From contig CM039009.1 of the NCBI GenBank assembly GCA_017499595.2, positions 62,001 through 126,000 on the forward strand: a stretch of DNA of 64,000 nucleotides, read 5' to 3'. Below the pieces are notes generated by a model that was given only the letters and a program-made list of their open reading frames with translations, was not told the origin of the DNA and did not search any database. Origin of the DNA: Psilocybe cubensis (taxonomy: Eukaryota). Of the stretch, positions 25,046-39,053 are shown one piece after another. The stretch's first letter is position 1. The number at the start of each line of letters is the position of its first letter. A program made the translations under genes and the position numbers.

Positions 25046-26049
25046 GGCCTGGGAAGATTTCCTATTACCTTGTCTCTCTATTTGTGCTGATTTTGGCCTG
25101 GTTTGGCTCCCATATCAGCCAACCCTGACAGTCCTTTTCAGGTGTTCTTCCATATATATAAGCTTTTCTACCCCGCAGGGCATCGACGCATCAACGTTTC
25201 AACAATGACAATGACGAATTAATGTTTTAAAGCCACAATTAAAGTCAAACTTATCAGGACAATCTCCGGTACGGGATCAAAGATCGTGAAAATGAATCCA
25301 ATAAAGACTTCGTTGGCTGTAAGCTAAGAACCGTGCTGAGGCCTTAAAGAGGCACGGTATTGCTTGGGTATTGCCCACGTGTTACTCTGGAGCCCGATTG
25401 AAACTAACCCGACAATCTTGCTTTGATTGAATAGCAGTTAAGTTGAAAGTGATAAAGCTACGATGTATTCGAAGCTGTAGTATGCTCCACCTACACACGA
25501 CACGAACATCTAGTGGACTATTCTCAAAGTTCGATGGAAGGACCAAGGATTAGTATGATTGTACGGAATTGTCCAGTCAAGCTCCTTTTCTGCCTCAAAA
25601 TGACGTCACGAGATATGCAATCATCCGACACTACAACTGGCACCCAAGGTATTAGGCTTCAAGACTATACACAATTAATCCACCCATCCGGATGAAGGAA
25701 GCATAGCACCACTTTGGACGATGAAGGTGGCCTCGGAGCTCGCTCGACGTTGAGTCCAGAGTACTGTGCCGTTAAGCATCTGAGTCGGATTTGCCGACGC
25801 TCAAGGCTATGTCAATGCCTCGTACTACGTTGTCAATAAGCTGGCTAACTGGGCTGCGAATCAGGACTTTATTGGCAGTTACTTCGAGGGAAATTAGCCA
25901 CTACTCTCCTGAGGGATAAATATCTCATTTAGAATATTTATCTACACCTGTTGGATTGGTATAAATGACCTGGTACCCCCGGGCTGATTGTAACATTGTA
26001 TCTGCCTACAAATCGCCCTCTGTCTGTACTACACAAGTTTCTTAATCTA

Positions 26050-26843
26050 ATGATACTGATACATATTCTTTTTCTATTTGCATTGCCTTTTATTCGAGGC
26101 GCCAACGCGTCATTGACACCTGATCAAGTGGTGATCAATATCAAGGCAATTACCACCGTATCTCAAGACGCCAATACTGCTCTCGCACCGCTCTCTCCAT
26201 CCACATCAGTTGCGGTAATTACAACATCAGGCCAAGTAAGAATATTCTTCTTTCTTGGTACCCGTTAACTGTTTCCTGACGAAAAGTCCTTGACTAGAGA
26301 CTCGCGGCTGAGTTCGCAAACATTGTACAGAGCCTCACTGGGGATGTAACTGCCATGAATACCACACCACCGTTTACCGATGATCTAGCTGGGCCTATTG
26401 TGGATGCTTTAACCGATGTGAGTATTCAATTTACTCATGTAATTCCCTATTCAACTGTGGCACTACAGTTCGTAAAGGTCCATCAGATTCTGCTTTCCAC
26501 TGTCATTGGAAAACAGTCTATCTTTGCCCAGTTTCTTCTCACTGCACCAATTGCCGCGGCTCTCCGTGCTCTTGAGTCAGAAGTAGATGTAAGTGCCTTG
26601 AGACTGAAATTTATATCATTCCTCTATGATCCACGTAATTTTCTCATAAACAACTTACATTGCTCCCAGTTTTTCGCGTTTTCGCTTATAGCTTTGATTC
26701 CAACGCGTACCTCATCGGTCAAAGATTGTCAGCAGAGCCTCGATAGTTCTCTTGGAGACGCCATCGCAAAATATCAAGCAATATGCATCCCGAGTGTATT
26801 GTATCCCGCTATTCCCCCTGTCTGTGTATCATTAACATTGTGA
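26050..26843 (+). CDS. Small secreted helical protein (UVI-1/cell-wall-protein-like), multi-exon
   Basis: Signal peptide MILIHILFLFALPFIRGANA; motif FVKVHQILLSTVIGK...APIAAALRALESEVD; C-terminal C..C; TATAAA at ~25960. Confidence 0.7.
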
Positions 26844-27302
26844 GGGGGACATCTAACCGATGGAAGATGGTACCGGACACTTGCGTGTTGCTACAGTAGA
26901 ACGGTTTGCAAGGTTTGCTTCTATCTGCAGAATCAATGTATTGGATCGAGTAAGTTCAAGATCTCCTTGGTGGCAATGCCAAGTCATTGAACATGGCCCT
27001 TCTCAAACACCTGGCAAACGGGTCCTCATCTATCTTATCTCATCCTGGAGGCCTAAACAGCCCCCGTCTTGCATTAACCCTTATTGTGCAATGATATTGT
27101 GTAACATATCATGGACACTAACTGAATATGAGCCACCAGCGGCATCGGACAGTAAATACATGCTTCTCGTCTACTAGTAAAGTCTTTGAACATTATTTGG
27201 TCATACTTAACAAATCAAATCGACATTCTACATCAATTATGAAACAGGCGCGGATCCCCGTCGTCATCACACATACAGGTAGAAAAAGATATATTGATCC
27301 AT

Positions 27303-28860
27303 TTAGGACAGACTGGCAACCCATCTCGACGTTAACCTTCCCCTACGTACTTGATCCATTGTCAAAAGGTCGAATCCTGTCTTGCCTCCATCTAACCACC
27401 TCCTCCTTCCTTTCCATCGGGCATACAGTTTTACCTCTTTCGATCCAGAACCCTCTGAGTGCCCCGAAAAATCGGCCATAACAACAGATGGGATTAGATT
27501 GGTGCTTAAGGCAACATCGATACATTCGAGCTTCCAGCATGTTGTAAACAGATATTCCACCGAGGGCGGCGCCACAATTGATTTTATAGGACGGGGAGGT
27601 ACTAATGCCGCTAACGCCGTGAAGTTACTATGCGAACCTAAATGAGGGGAAGTGAGGTTAGGTGAGAAGGAGGGTGGAAGTAGTGGTCCAGACGCTGGAA
27701 TTGCGAAGAAGAACAAAGTGGAAAGGGGAATGGGAGGTTTTGAGGCATTGATGCGTTTAGATGAGAGAACCAGTTCACGAAGGCAGGGAAGCCTCTGCAA
27801 TACCATAAGGTCCTATTATATGAGCCGTAGATTGATTGAAATTGGGAGAGGATATCAGAGTAGAAAAAATGTTATCACGGCGGATTTTAGTGAGAAATCC
27901 AGGGAAGAATTCATTACGGGAATTGATAAATCTTACCTCTTCATGACAATCGTCTAATTCCAACACCTCCAGCCCACGCAGGTACTCCACAACACCGACC
28001 CCGAACGACGGTCTGTAGATAGTTGCTTCAAAATACAACGCACGGAGCTTTCCCATACCAGAAGTTCCCAAACCATTGATATAGGCGGATGTACTTGATT
28101 TTTCATCAAGTACTAACGCGCTTATGGCATTCTGTGTACGCAGGAATTCTGATAGTCCGGGTTCGTCGTTCCATGTCCTACAACCCCAATACATTGTTTC
28201 TAGTTGGAAGGAAGGACCAGGATCTGGTCCGCATCCATGTACAGCTTCCAAACCAGGGTCTACAAGCGTCAAGCCTCGTATTTCCGACTCATTCCACCAG
28301 GTGCGATGCTGATCTCGCTCGAAGTCAGGGTCGTTTACATATAGAGGATGATCTCTTCTTAACAACAATGACTGTGCCGCAGGTCGCCCATCGAACGTAC
28401 GCAGCCAAAGCTCCTTTAACCCCTTCATTGTGCGAAATGCTCTAGCTGTGTAGCGCCACAGTGGAGTATCTGCATGTTTCAATATAGAGGGTGAGTGGTA
28501 AGCCTTCACGAGCAATGCGAGCCGCGGATTCGTCGAGACAGTTCTTAGAAATAAAAGATGTACCCATGGGTCATCAACGATGGATCTGTAGGATGGAACT
28601 GGTGCAGGTAGCTTTGGATTGGGGTATGGAGACATAGGAGATGCATAAAGCAGAGGCTCAACTCGATTTCTAAAGAAGTGCGATGTAAGAGTCAGTGCAT
28701 GAAATGATCCACGATCGTTGATTTCGTCGACGATAAGCTCCAAGAGCTCTATTGGGATACGCGGAGATGGGTGCATAGGATATGTGAGAGGATAACCAAT
28801 GTTGATCTTTTTATATGACGAGGTGAACGTCGACTCCCTTGTAGTTACTGTTGTTGACAT
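27303..28860 (-). CDS. F-box-like domain protein
   Basis: IPIELLELIVDEINDRGSFHALTLTSHFFRNRVEPLLYASP; shares FLRT..T.PR.A.LV.AYHS, PSFQL and C..L.C.D.AL with the 20156 gene; spliced into ORF 27303-27806. Confidence 0.75.
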
Positions 28861-29799
28861 GGTGAATGGCGAACGTAAAGAAGCATTGAACACACCGACA
28901 AAGCGGAGATAGTTCGGACGGCAACTACCGCGTGGCCAATATGTTATGTAGAGCCGTGAGCACACTGGCAAGGCTTTCTGTCAATACTGCTCCCAGGTAT
29001 CCAGAAAAACATAAATTCTTCATGAGTTTTCCTAGCTGACCGCCTTGTGAACGCCGTCTTGATTGATCCTAACAGTGCTCGAGATGCAAGAGCAAGCCCC
29101 TGGCTATGTTTGCTATCTGACCCTGAAGACGGAAAGTATCAAATGATGCTAGTTTCCCAGCTTTCGAAAACTTCCGCTGGCCCTGGAAATCTGTCATTCC
29201 ATATGGTCCGTGCGCAGAGAGTGATGAAGGAAAACGAAAGGTAGAACAGGGCCGGTCGGTGTTTCTCAGGAGGGGGATCAAGTGATCAATATTCAATCGG
29301 TGACAGCATTGGAATGGCTCCTGGGCTCGTCTCAGAGAATGAGGTAGAAGGACGGATGGGCCTCTTGATATAGTCAAACTACATCATTAGATTTTTCTCT
29401 GTTTTCGCACGATGCGTTGTGGAACAAATCCCCTACATATTAAACTTCCGTTTATTATTATCAAAGTTGTAAGTTCTCGAGATCCATCAGAATTTGTTCT
29501 TCGTTTAATCTGTCAATTAGGATACGAATAATATGTATAAACCGAAACAGCATATGATAAAACTTTCGGAGGTCCATGCCTTTCATGCCTCTGATGAAAC
29601 TGTCGTTACTGAAGATACAAGGTATGTCAGTAAGGCTTGGTACGTTTATGCTAATGCAAACAAGACCCTGTATAGACTCATAAATCGGAACTGGCAACAA
29701 CAGAACCTACTTATATATACAGAGAAATCCACAAGTGTAACTACCGGTTATCATTTTAAATCTCCTGTACACCCCCTTGCACGCACGTTGGCACGCTCA

Positions 29800-30741
29800 A
29801 TGCCACCCCCGCCACCCCCACCCCCGCCACCGCCACCGCCCCCACCCCCTCCCCCGCCCCCTCCGCGACCGTCCCCTCCTCATCCCACCACTTTTCTTAC
29901 CCATACAATTTCGACACAGACGCCAACATCATTGGTCTCGATTTCTACCACGTTTCACGCAACAAGCATCCGACAAAACACTGCTTCCGAAGGTCACTCC
30001 TCCGCACACCTCAACAACAAGTCACAAGCGGGTGGACTAATGAGCCAGATTAATGGACAAAACTCCCTTTTTTCTGCGGAGATAGCCAACTCGTCGACTC
30101 TGACTCTGTACCCCCAGACACACACACTATCTTCGTTAGGGATAGGAGAAAAAACAGATGCGCAAAGCATTCCCACTTCATCTAATTCCGCCCCTGGCGT
30201 TCCTCTTTCCTCTACAGCGCGCCCAGGAGCTTCCAAAAATGCAGCATTGTTTGCCGGCTTTGCAGTAGGGATCTCGTGTGGAGTTCTGTTGCTTGTTTTC
30301 ATCCTAATCAGGAGGTACAGGCGGAGGAAAGCTTTGCGCGTAGAGCCGTACAATAAAGAAGATGAACTCGAGAATCAAATGGTGGACGCTGATTTTTGGA
30401 CCCCAGCCACTGCACCCTCCACTCAAGGCGGCATGACCAGAACATCCCTATGGGTATCGCAACATAGTATGCCAACGACGGGGAATGATGCCAGTGAATT
30501 TTCACAGGCAGTAAATCCATTTACGGGTGGTCCTGAGGTTCCTAATACGGGGTATACCATTGATACAACCGTTCTCGCAGAGCTCGAGAGCATTTGTGAC
30601 CGTTTAACGTCAGAGATGGTGGAAGTGCGAAATCAATCATGGGGGCGGCCTCCAACCTACAGCGCGCTACCTATAACTGTCGCTCTTGCACAGAATCATG
30701 ATGTTCTTGTACAGACTCATGAGTCAGAGCAGAAAGATTGA
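29800..30741 (+). CDS. Poly-Pro/Ser-Thr-rich single-pass membrane protein
   Basis: Poly-P N-terminus, S/T-rich region, TM helix FAGFAVGISCGVLLLVFILI followed by RRYRRRK, PPTY motif in the tail; TATATA at ~29713. Confidence 0.65.
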   Translation: MPPPPPPPPPPPPPPPPPPPPPRPSPPHPTTFLTHTISTQTPTSLVSISTTFHATSIRQNTASEGHSSAHLNNKSQAGGLMSQINGQNSLFSAEIANSSTLTLYPQTHTLSSLGIGEKTDAQSIPTSSNSAPGVPLSSTARPGASKNAALFAGFAVGISCGVLLLVFILIRRYRRRKALRVEPYNKEDELENQMVDADFWTPATAPSTQGGMTRTSLWVSQHSMPTTGNDASEFSQAVNPFTGGPEVPNTGYTIDTTVLAELESICDRLTSEMVEVRNQSWGRPPTYSALPITVALAQNHDVLVQTHESEQKD

Positions 30742-32670
30742 TAAGGACAATATTTCGCGGACAAGTTGTTAGTGTTTCTTACCTGTACAATCATACCGTT
30801 AATCTTCGGTGACCTGTCTTTACTCAAGGAAATTTTTGACCACAAATCAGGAAGATGGTCCACTTCAATTATTCTGTGTCCTTCAATAGCTATCGAACAG
30901 TTTTACCTACCATATTACCGGGCTTGCATTACTTACGAGAATGAACACTATGGACAACTTTTTCGGTTTACAGCCTACAACGGAAGTAACCGCAATTCCA
31001 TGAGGGCGGCAGTGCAGTGCCGTTGATGGCCGTACTTTGCCGTACGATATTTGAGAATGTTCCGTACACCCTTCGAGACCATCCACTCCCAAAGTTCCAC
31101 AATGAATCAGTCTCGATATGAACCTTATTGGATACCTGAAGCTCATATTTCGCAACTCTCAAAATCTTGAAAACAGAAGCTTGAAGTTTTTCCGACTCTA
31201 TTATGAATCAAGGATCGCGGATCATTCCGGATGTTGTTGAAACACTGATGTTCTTCCCGCTTTCTCAGAGAAGTTTTGAATTGGTATAAGCCTATTTGCA
31301 CCCAGGCTCCTAAAGGCGGACTCTCGTATCTAGAAGATGCCTATTCATGTATAAAGAGACGGGTATTGGCTGAAATCAAATATTGATTGATAGTAAAGCG
31401 ACCAATGAAAATAACTTTGGAAGCAGGCAGGATCCGGCAAAGTTTTAATTACTCTACCCATTGATCAACTTTTCAAATCCCACTTCTTTGAATAACATCA
31501 GGTTTGATAAGCAGGCCTCGGAGAGAGTAGCCTCGGATATGAGTGGATACGAGAGACAGGTTTTAGAAAAGCCTGTCGGACATGCATCCTTCCTTCAGGG
31601 TGGAAATAGTCTACAACATTCATATTTGGTCATCTCACTCAATCATACACTCTCGTTTACTCCCTTAAATCGTAATGGATTTAGACCTGTCACCCCTCCC
31701 TGTCGGACTGCCGTAAGGAGACGTGGGTGATGAAAACTGCTCTGGATCCACGATCATCTAGCAATGGGCTGAAGTTACATTGAAATCAATGTACTTTACC
31801 TAGGAGACATCCTTGCGCGTGTACATTTTTGGTCAGTCTGGAAAAAGGGTATGGTTATATTGGATTAGAATTGTTCACATACTCCGGTCTGTCGATCTTG
31901 TTTATCTGTATCCTAACATTATGCACTGTAATATCAATTCCTTTCTATGAACATGGGCCGTTGCGGGCACACTTTCAGCAAACCCTAATCCCTTAAGTTG
32001 GATGTCTTGATTGTAAATCTCCTTCCTATGTAACCTTCCCATCACACACATCAGTGTCTCCTAGTATTGAAGATATTGAAGATATGAGCGCACATCACTT
32101 TTTGAAGATTTCATCAGTCACCAAATCTGTCTGTACTTGGCGCACGTTCATTTTACCATTGTTTTGTGTTTCGCGTGGAGAGGTGTACATGGGATTGGGA
32201 GTCATGTGTGTTCACAGGGCCCGGGAGAGGACATTCGTGTGTATAGAAAGTATTCAATATATGAGTACCTCAGACTGTACCTACCTCCTACCTCACTACC
32301 TCTGGCTTGCTTTGGGGGTGGAGCGACGCAAGCTTAGTAGATGCTATGAGACGTGTTGCTGATGGCGGTACTCTAGGGGACAAATTGATTAAAGTGAGCA
32401 AAACTATCTCATTTGCTGGCTCGGGTCATGGCGCGATCGAGAATATCATACGTATGCTGACGACAGAGTCACATATTCTGGGATTACCTTCATTTTGAAA
32501 CTTGATTTTGTTCGTCGGTACGATATGTTGATACATATCTTGCATTGACGTTAAGTAAAATTCACATATTATACCGTTCAATCAACATTTTGGCTTAAGC
32601 CAAACTTCCTGTTCCAGTCCAAAGGACTTCCACATCCAATCTGAACCTCCGCCGTGATCCATGACTGCAC

Positions 32671-34424
32671 ATGGGTGTCATATCGGGGAGCAAAGTTGTT
32701 TCTGCGGCATCCATATCCAGAGACCCAGGCTCTCACTTACATAAAGATGAAGTAGGCCCTCCCAGGCCCTCTATTACTCGAGAGGGCGTACAAGGCAAAC
32801 CAAGCCTGCCATCACATTTTTCGACAGCATTCATTGACTCCAGCCCGCTGGTCATAATTACACATACTTCCCCAACAGATCAGGTCTCTGGTGGGACTAA
32901 GCTTTCAATCATTGGCAACACAAATACCACTGCGGGCGCCTACCACTGTAAGTTAAACATACAGCAGAAAACTTACATGTCTTATGTAAGTTTTGCTGTA
33001 AGTTCAACATACAGCACATGTGTATGAAAAACAAACACTCGGCAAAGACATATACCAAACACAATTGCTGTAAGTAGACTGTAAATAGAATAAACACCTA
33101 AATTGCACAAATTGTGTTTGTCCGGTGTTAGTAAAACATACACATCTTATGTAAGTCGTACAAACAGCACTTACTGTAAGTAAAAATTACACACAAAGAA
33201 AACAATTTGTGTATGTTATACTTACACTAGTTTTTCAATTCATTTAATGGTGTAAATATAACATACACAAATTGTGTTCTTTGTGTGTAATTTTTACTTA
33301 CAGTAAGTGCTGTTTGTACGACTTACAGAAAATGTGTATGTTTTACTAACACCGGACAAAGACAATTTGTGTAATATAGGTGTTTATTCTACTTACAGGC
33401 TACTTACAGTAATTGTGTTTGGTGGCTGTATGCCGACCAAACACAATATGTCTTTGTTAAATGTTTGTTTTCCCGACACATGTGCTGTAAGTTGAACATA
33501 CACCTAAACTTACATAAGGCATGTAAGTTTACTGCTGTATGTTCAACTTACAGCGGTCGGCGCCCGCAGTGTACAAGGGCGGCTGTAAAAGATAACCAAA
33601 TCCAGGATTCGGATTTTTCGTCCGAAACCAGGGCGCCAACCCATCCCATTACCACGCTCCTCACGGTCACCGTGACAGCTACAGCTTCTTCGAAGCCTTT
33701 ATTCATATCTACAGGGTCTGTTGCTCCCAATCCAAGTCAGACATTATTTACAACCCCAAAGACTTCGATTTCATCGACAACAACAACATCTAATATTTCT
33801 TCAACCTCGCTTTTAGCAGATCCCCAAACAACCGTCCAGCCAAGCCAATTGAAGACATCTTCAACAAAGGTTATTCCTATTTCCATCAGCATCGTGGCAG
33901 TGGCACTTGTCGTAACACTTGCCATGTTTCTTATTCGGAGGAGATTCAAGCGGAGGGATGAGGGCCGTCGGGACACTATAGTCCAATTGTTGAATGCTGA
34001 CGTCAAAAAGCGGGACCACGTCCTTAACATAGACCCCCTCTCATCAAATTCTACGTCCACTTCGCAAAGGTATATGGACACCGTTGAAGAAGTTGCACAC
34101 CCCGTAGGAGGTAAAACACCTGTGGACGCGGAAACACTTCGAAGAATGAGTGACAGCACTATTGCGAGTATACCGAGCTCTACGCAGAGATACATGTATA
34201 ACGTTGGGGTCGCAAAATATCCCACTGGAGGTGATACTTCTGTGGCCAGTGGTACGCCACGGAAGATTAGTTGGGGTACCATTTCGAGCACACAGACCTC
34301 TGCACAGAGGCTGAAGATGGAATTTCCACTAGATGAGGGGTACAAGACCCCCGCTTACAGGTCGACATTATCGTATCTGAGTTTTGTGGATGACGGTAAC
34401 CAATCAGGACGTAAATATTGTTGA
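32671..34424 (+). pseudogene. S/T-rich single-pass membrane protein gene (368 aa reconstructed) disrupted by a CACTG MITE
   Basis: Removing 32928-33571 and one TAC restores the frame ...GNTNT-RAAVKDNQ...; TM IPISISIVAVALVVTLAMFLI followed by RRRFKRR. Confidence 0.75.
32928..33571. mobile_element. Fold-back CACTA-superfamily MITE, copy 2 (644 bp)
   Basis: CACTGCGGGCGCC...GGCGCCCGCAGTG termini; 3-bp TSD TAC; near-identical to 21647-22312 except for a 22-bp deletion in the left arm. Confidence 0.92.
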
Positions 34425-35368
34425 TAAAAATGTGTAGTCTTCGCACCGTTTCTCACAGGTCTTAACCTCATTTGAGTCACCATCTCACGTAATATATTCA
34501 CATTTACATTGCTGGGCAATTAATGTAGTCTAAATCCTTCCAATCGAAAACCTCAACCTGCTTCTTAGTACCTTCTGGACAAATTATTTTATCCTACTAT
34601 CTGGCCAACTTCCTTTTGATAGAGCCCGACAATACACCGGTGAGAGACAACGTTGTATAGCGGGACTCGCGGAATGAGTTACTCCGTATATTTCATCTGA
34701 TTGATAGACTCAGATAGTACCTTGGAAGCCACCAGATGTGTTGTTCTGCGTTGATGGTATCGGTTATATGAACTAACGCCTCCGCAGCCAACAAGCTCAT
34801 CACCGGTATCTACGATTAAAATATCAAACGTTCGAGCTAATTAATAACGGTTAATTAAAATATCTATGTTCAAGCTTCTAAATTAGTTTCATGTAACGAA
34901 AGAGGGTGGCTATATAAATCAAAGATTAGCACATCTTCATATTACTATGAGCAGTGTCAATAGACAGTGAACATTGGAGCAGCTATCCAATTGCCTCTGA
35001 GAGGAAGGTGTTCTAAATTGGCGATTTAAAAGCTAGCCATCCAAGACTACAAACCTGCCACATATTTTGGTACTGACCCTCTGATGAGAGAGGCGGGGAT
35101 AATGAGCGACCCCCGGAGTACAGGTCGATACAATGGTCCCTGAGATTGGGGATTTAGTTATCAACCAAGACAAAGTTTTTATCACACAGTTAATTGATTA
35201 CGTCGTGTTTAAGTCTTGCCTCATACTGCATAAACAGCGATAGAAGTTTGATAACAGAATGATTTCGGTTCGACGATCCATTCATTCTATGCTTCAGAAT
35301 CGACTTCGATTTTGGCGCTCAGCCAAGTCAAACCAATCGTTCAAGCACATGACCACTGTGTTTGTACA

Positions 35369-35453
35369 GCATTAATGGGGTAGTGGTAACCTGGGTCGTT
35401 GCCATTCGAGTAATTAGCTCGACCCGCCGGGGGTTCGATTCCCCCTTAATGCA
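35369..35453 (+). tRNA. tRNA-Gly(GCC) with 14-nt intron
   Basis: GCATTAA...TTAATGCA acceptor stem, anticodon arm GGTCG-TTGCCA/T-CGACC, intron TTCGAGTAATTAGC, T-loop GGTTCGATTCC. Confidence 0.9.
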
Positions 35454-36578
35454 GTTTCGAACATATGGGAATTTTTGTCTTTCAAAACGAAGCAACCTAT
35501 ATACTGTTGAAGGCTCCGATACAAAATACTCTCGTATTTTTGGGGTGTCATGCTTAAATTGTCTTTTAGCCCTGGTATGAGCTGTCCCAGTATCTGGTAC
35601 ATGTCAAGGTGTCGGTGCAAGCCATCTTGTACACAGTTTGTGGTAAGCGGATAACACCCGATAATGACAGCCCAAAATTTACAAGAACCATCGGTTAATC
35701 TCCGTCTCTTGAGAAATTATTATATTTGCCTATCATTCACACGAACCCAAATCCCCTCTAGATCATTAGCTCAAACATATTTTTCCGTAGATCATTTGAT
35801 TTTATTGCATGTGATAGACGTAGTCGACACTTTTCCAGACCGCTAGTAGCTCTAACCACCAGGAAGAACTGCTTTCACACCAAGTTTATTTGCAGACAAG
35901 TTCACACTAAAAGTAGTTTAATGATTCAATAAGTACGGTTGCGCTCAAAAATTATGGACGCTATCCATAAATAAAATCTATCCCTTGTGCTGAACTTTCA
36001 CCATCTACCAGTTACTTTCATTGTAAAGTCGGTTAGGATTACTAGCTATTTCTGACAAGTGGGTTGCCGTCCGGCCCACTTTTTGAAAGGTTTTCCTATA
36101 AGGGGAAGGAAGAATGACATAAGCGTCGGCGAGATGACATCATACGGATACATTCTTTGCTAGACGTCCTTATGGTTTAGGGAGTGCACTGAGGTGCATG
36201 TACGTTCAGAATACCTTACCTGCACCATTGAACAACCTATACATTTTTTATGGGTCCTCAAAATTTCAACTCTCATACCGCACCAGAGAAACATGTTTCA
36301 TTCTTCGAAAATTTTCGTCTTTCTTGATGAAGAACATGGTGAAGATGTCGAGTAACGCGACTGCGGGTATCGGATGGTATACACGGGAAGAAGCACAGTC
36401 AACTTCGACACATACATGGTCGAACACACTGCTGCGATTTCGGGTGACAATCCGAGTATGACTGATAGGCAAATTACGAGGTATAAAACCATTAGAGAGA
36501 GATGTGAATCTCTAGGACCATTCACAAACAACCTCTTCTGCAAACGAGTACCTCCCTTATCTAAACTTCAAGTTAGGG

Positions 36579-37915
36579 ATGCGTCTCTCATTTGTTCTAT
36601 TCGCTATTTCCTGTGTCACAGATGGATCATTTGCTTTTCCTTCCTATGCATCGCTTGCTGGGCTAGAGAGAGCAGAATTAGAAAACGCTATGTCTTCGCT
36701 GAAATACAGCCCTCCCGGAAAGCCTCCAGGTCCTCTCAAAGATACATCGTCGAAGTTAGTTAATGATGCTCGTCATCCTTGGAAGCCAGTTCGTCCAAGT
36801 GATCAACGTGGGCCGTGCCCCGGTCTCAATACTCTTGCATCTCATGGAGTGAGTAGTTCATCTTACACTATGATACTAACTAACATGATTATAATGCTAG
36901 TGGCTTCCCAGGAACGGCATCGCCACTCCTGCACAAATTATTACAGCTGTTCAAGAAGGTTTCTTTAATGTCACTTTAGGCTGGAATATTTCCTGACATA
37001 AAGTTCTAGGATATAATATGGAAAATGATCTTGCTAGATTTGTCACCTATGCGGCGCATTTGGTTGACGGAAATGTTGTGACCGACCTCCTCAGCATTGG
37101 CGGGAAGTCCAAGCTTACGGGACCTGCACCTCCCCCTCCTGCGATTGTTGGAGGTCTCAATACCCATGCTGTTTTTGAAGGAGATGCGAGCAACACTCGA
37201 TGTGAGTTTTACGTCCCCAACCGGAACATTTGCTGAATCAATTCTAAATCAGCCGATGCATTTCTCGGCAATAATCACGAGTTCAATGAAACTTTGTTCG
37301 ACCAGGTATGGTCGTTGATACAATGCTTTACTTGTGAGACTGAGGTTTTCTTGCTCTTTATAGCTCGTAGGATACGCCAACAAATACGGCGCCGGAAAGT
37401 ACAACGTCACAGTGGCTGGCGAGTTCAAGTGGAGACGTATTCAAGATTCTATCGCCACAAACCCGGAATTCAATCTCCTTTCCCCTCGAATCTTTACGGT
37501 ATACGCTGAGGCCGTGTTTCCCATCAACTTCTTCATTGATGGGCGCCAGACAGACCGCCAACTTGATCTCGATGATGCTCGCAGCTTCCTGCAGAATATG
37601 CGCTTCCCAGATGATTTCCACCGCCGAAATGGTTCTATTGGCGCAGATGAGATGAGGGATATTGCCGCCATACACCCGATCAATCCCGGCAGGAACGTGG
37701 GCAAAGTCAACAACTATGTCGAAGATCCTACCTCTGCTGGCCTTGCCGATTCGTGCAAGCTGTACAGCAGTTTCGTCACAGATATTGTCCAGAAGTTGTA
37801 CCCCGCACCCACCGGAAACTTACGCAAAGCCTTGAAAATTAATTTAGACTACTTCTATAACAGTATCCCGGTGACTATACCTGGATGTGCCCAGGTCTTT
37901 CCCTATGGATCTTGA
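36579..37915 (+). CDS. Heme-thiolate unspecific (aromatic) peroxygenase, long-type, secreted
   Basis: Signal/propeptide AFPSYASLAGL, proximal RGPCPGLNTLASHG, HAVFEGDASNTR (EGD motif), YAEAVFP (catalytic Glu region), C-terminal C..VFPYG; several GT-AG introns. Confidence 0.95.
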
Positions 37916-39053
37916 CCTAGACGCTCTAGATACATGTAATCATACGTAGCCAATGCGCACGAGTAGAAGTAGTGCTTCAGAGCGGTTTGTTTCACACCTA
38001 GGATTTATCACGTTGCCATATATTTACTGAGCTTTATATCTAAAGCCCACCTGGCCATTAGCGAAGAGATCTAAGGAAGATGTAACTATTGTCTCCTCGT
38101 TACTAGCTTGAGGGTTGGTTTGTGTTGGTGGTACGTCCATTAACGTGGGGAACTCGATGCTGACATCGACATTTACCAGTCGTCGAGTAGGTAAGATCTG
38201 TCGCATCGCTGCGTTGCGAACTGTAACAGACTAATACAAGCTAAATATATATTTTAAAGTTGGTGAAACCTCATCTTCAGATGTTGATGGTTGTTACATG
38301 GTGGTCGGCACAGACGCATCAATTTAAATTAAATCTCCGTCGTGGAAATATTGATCGTGACAACCGGTTCTTTGAATAGCGCACTTCAAAGGTGAAAATT
38401 GCATGAGTTGAAAAGATTCAGGAAATCGTGAAGTAGTGAGAATATAATCAAAAGGATCAAAATTGACGTGACCTTATGTCTCGAGATGTTCTTAGATGAC
38501 TATATATCTCTGAGAAGAACATATTATGATCAAAGGCTGACTTTGAAAGATTAGCCTCCGGATGATGAACATCGATCAGCCGCTGAACATCAGCAACGAG
38601 ATGAATAAATTATTCTAGCTCAAAACACTCGTGTTGATCGTAGAATATGATACCGAAGTATCCATGCCAATTCTAAACTTTCCAAGACTCGGGAGAGATA
38701 CAACCGTTGTATACGCAAAATATAAATGCAGCAAGTCACTTGAAGTTCTACTGTAGTTGCCATCAAGCTCATTGGCTTGCTAGCTACCATCCGTAAAGGT
38801 CACCAATGCGATATGTATCATTCTATAACCCTGAACTGGCCGTGTAAGAACATCCTTGTACCCTCTTTTAATTTCCCTCTGGTGCATTGTTTATTCTACA
38901 ACCCTGGCTGGACCCTTTTTAGATAAGAAACAAGGTACTGTAAACGGCGCTGATCTAGTTGACTAAACCTGTTTCATTAATTCATCTCTCGTCTCTCTCT
39001 CGTCTCTATGTATGCAGACTATCAAGACGCACTCCCTGTCACCCTCATTGGCC

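Noticed and set aside
30900-32500. Scattered coding-like fragments (possible decayed gene)
   Set aside because: Multiple stops and no identifiable family from the sequence alone.
22862-37915. Terpene synthase plus peroxygenase as a biosynthetic gene cluster
   Set aside because: 12 kb apart with unrelated genes between them, and the peroxygenase is secreted; no evidence of linkage.
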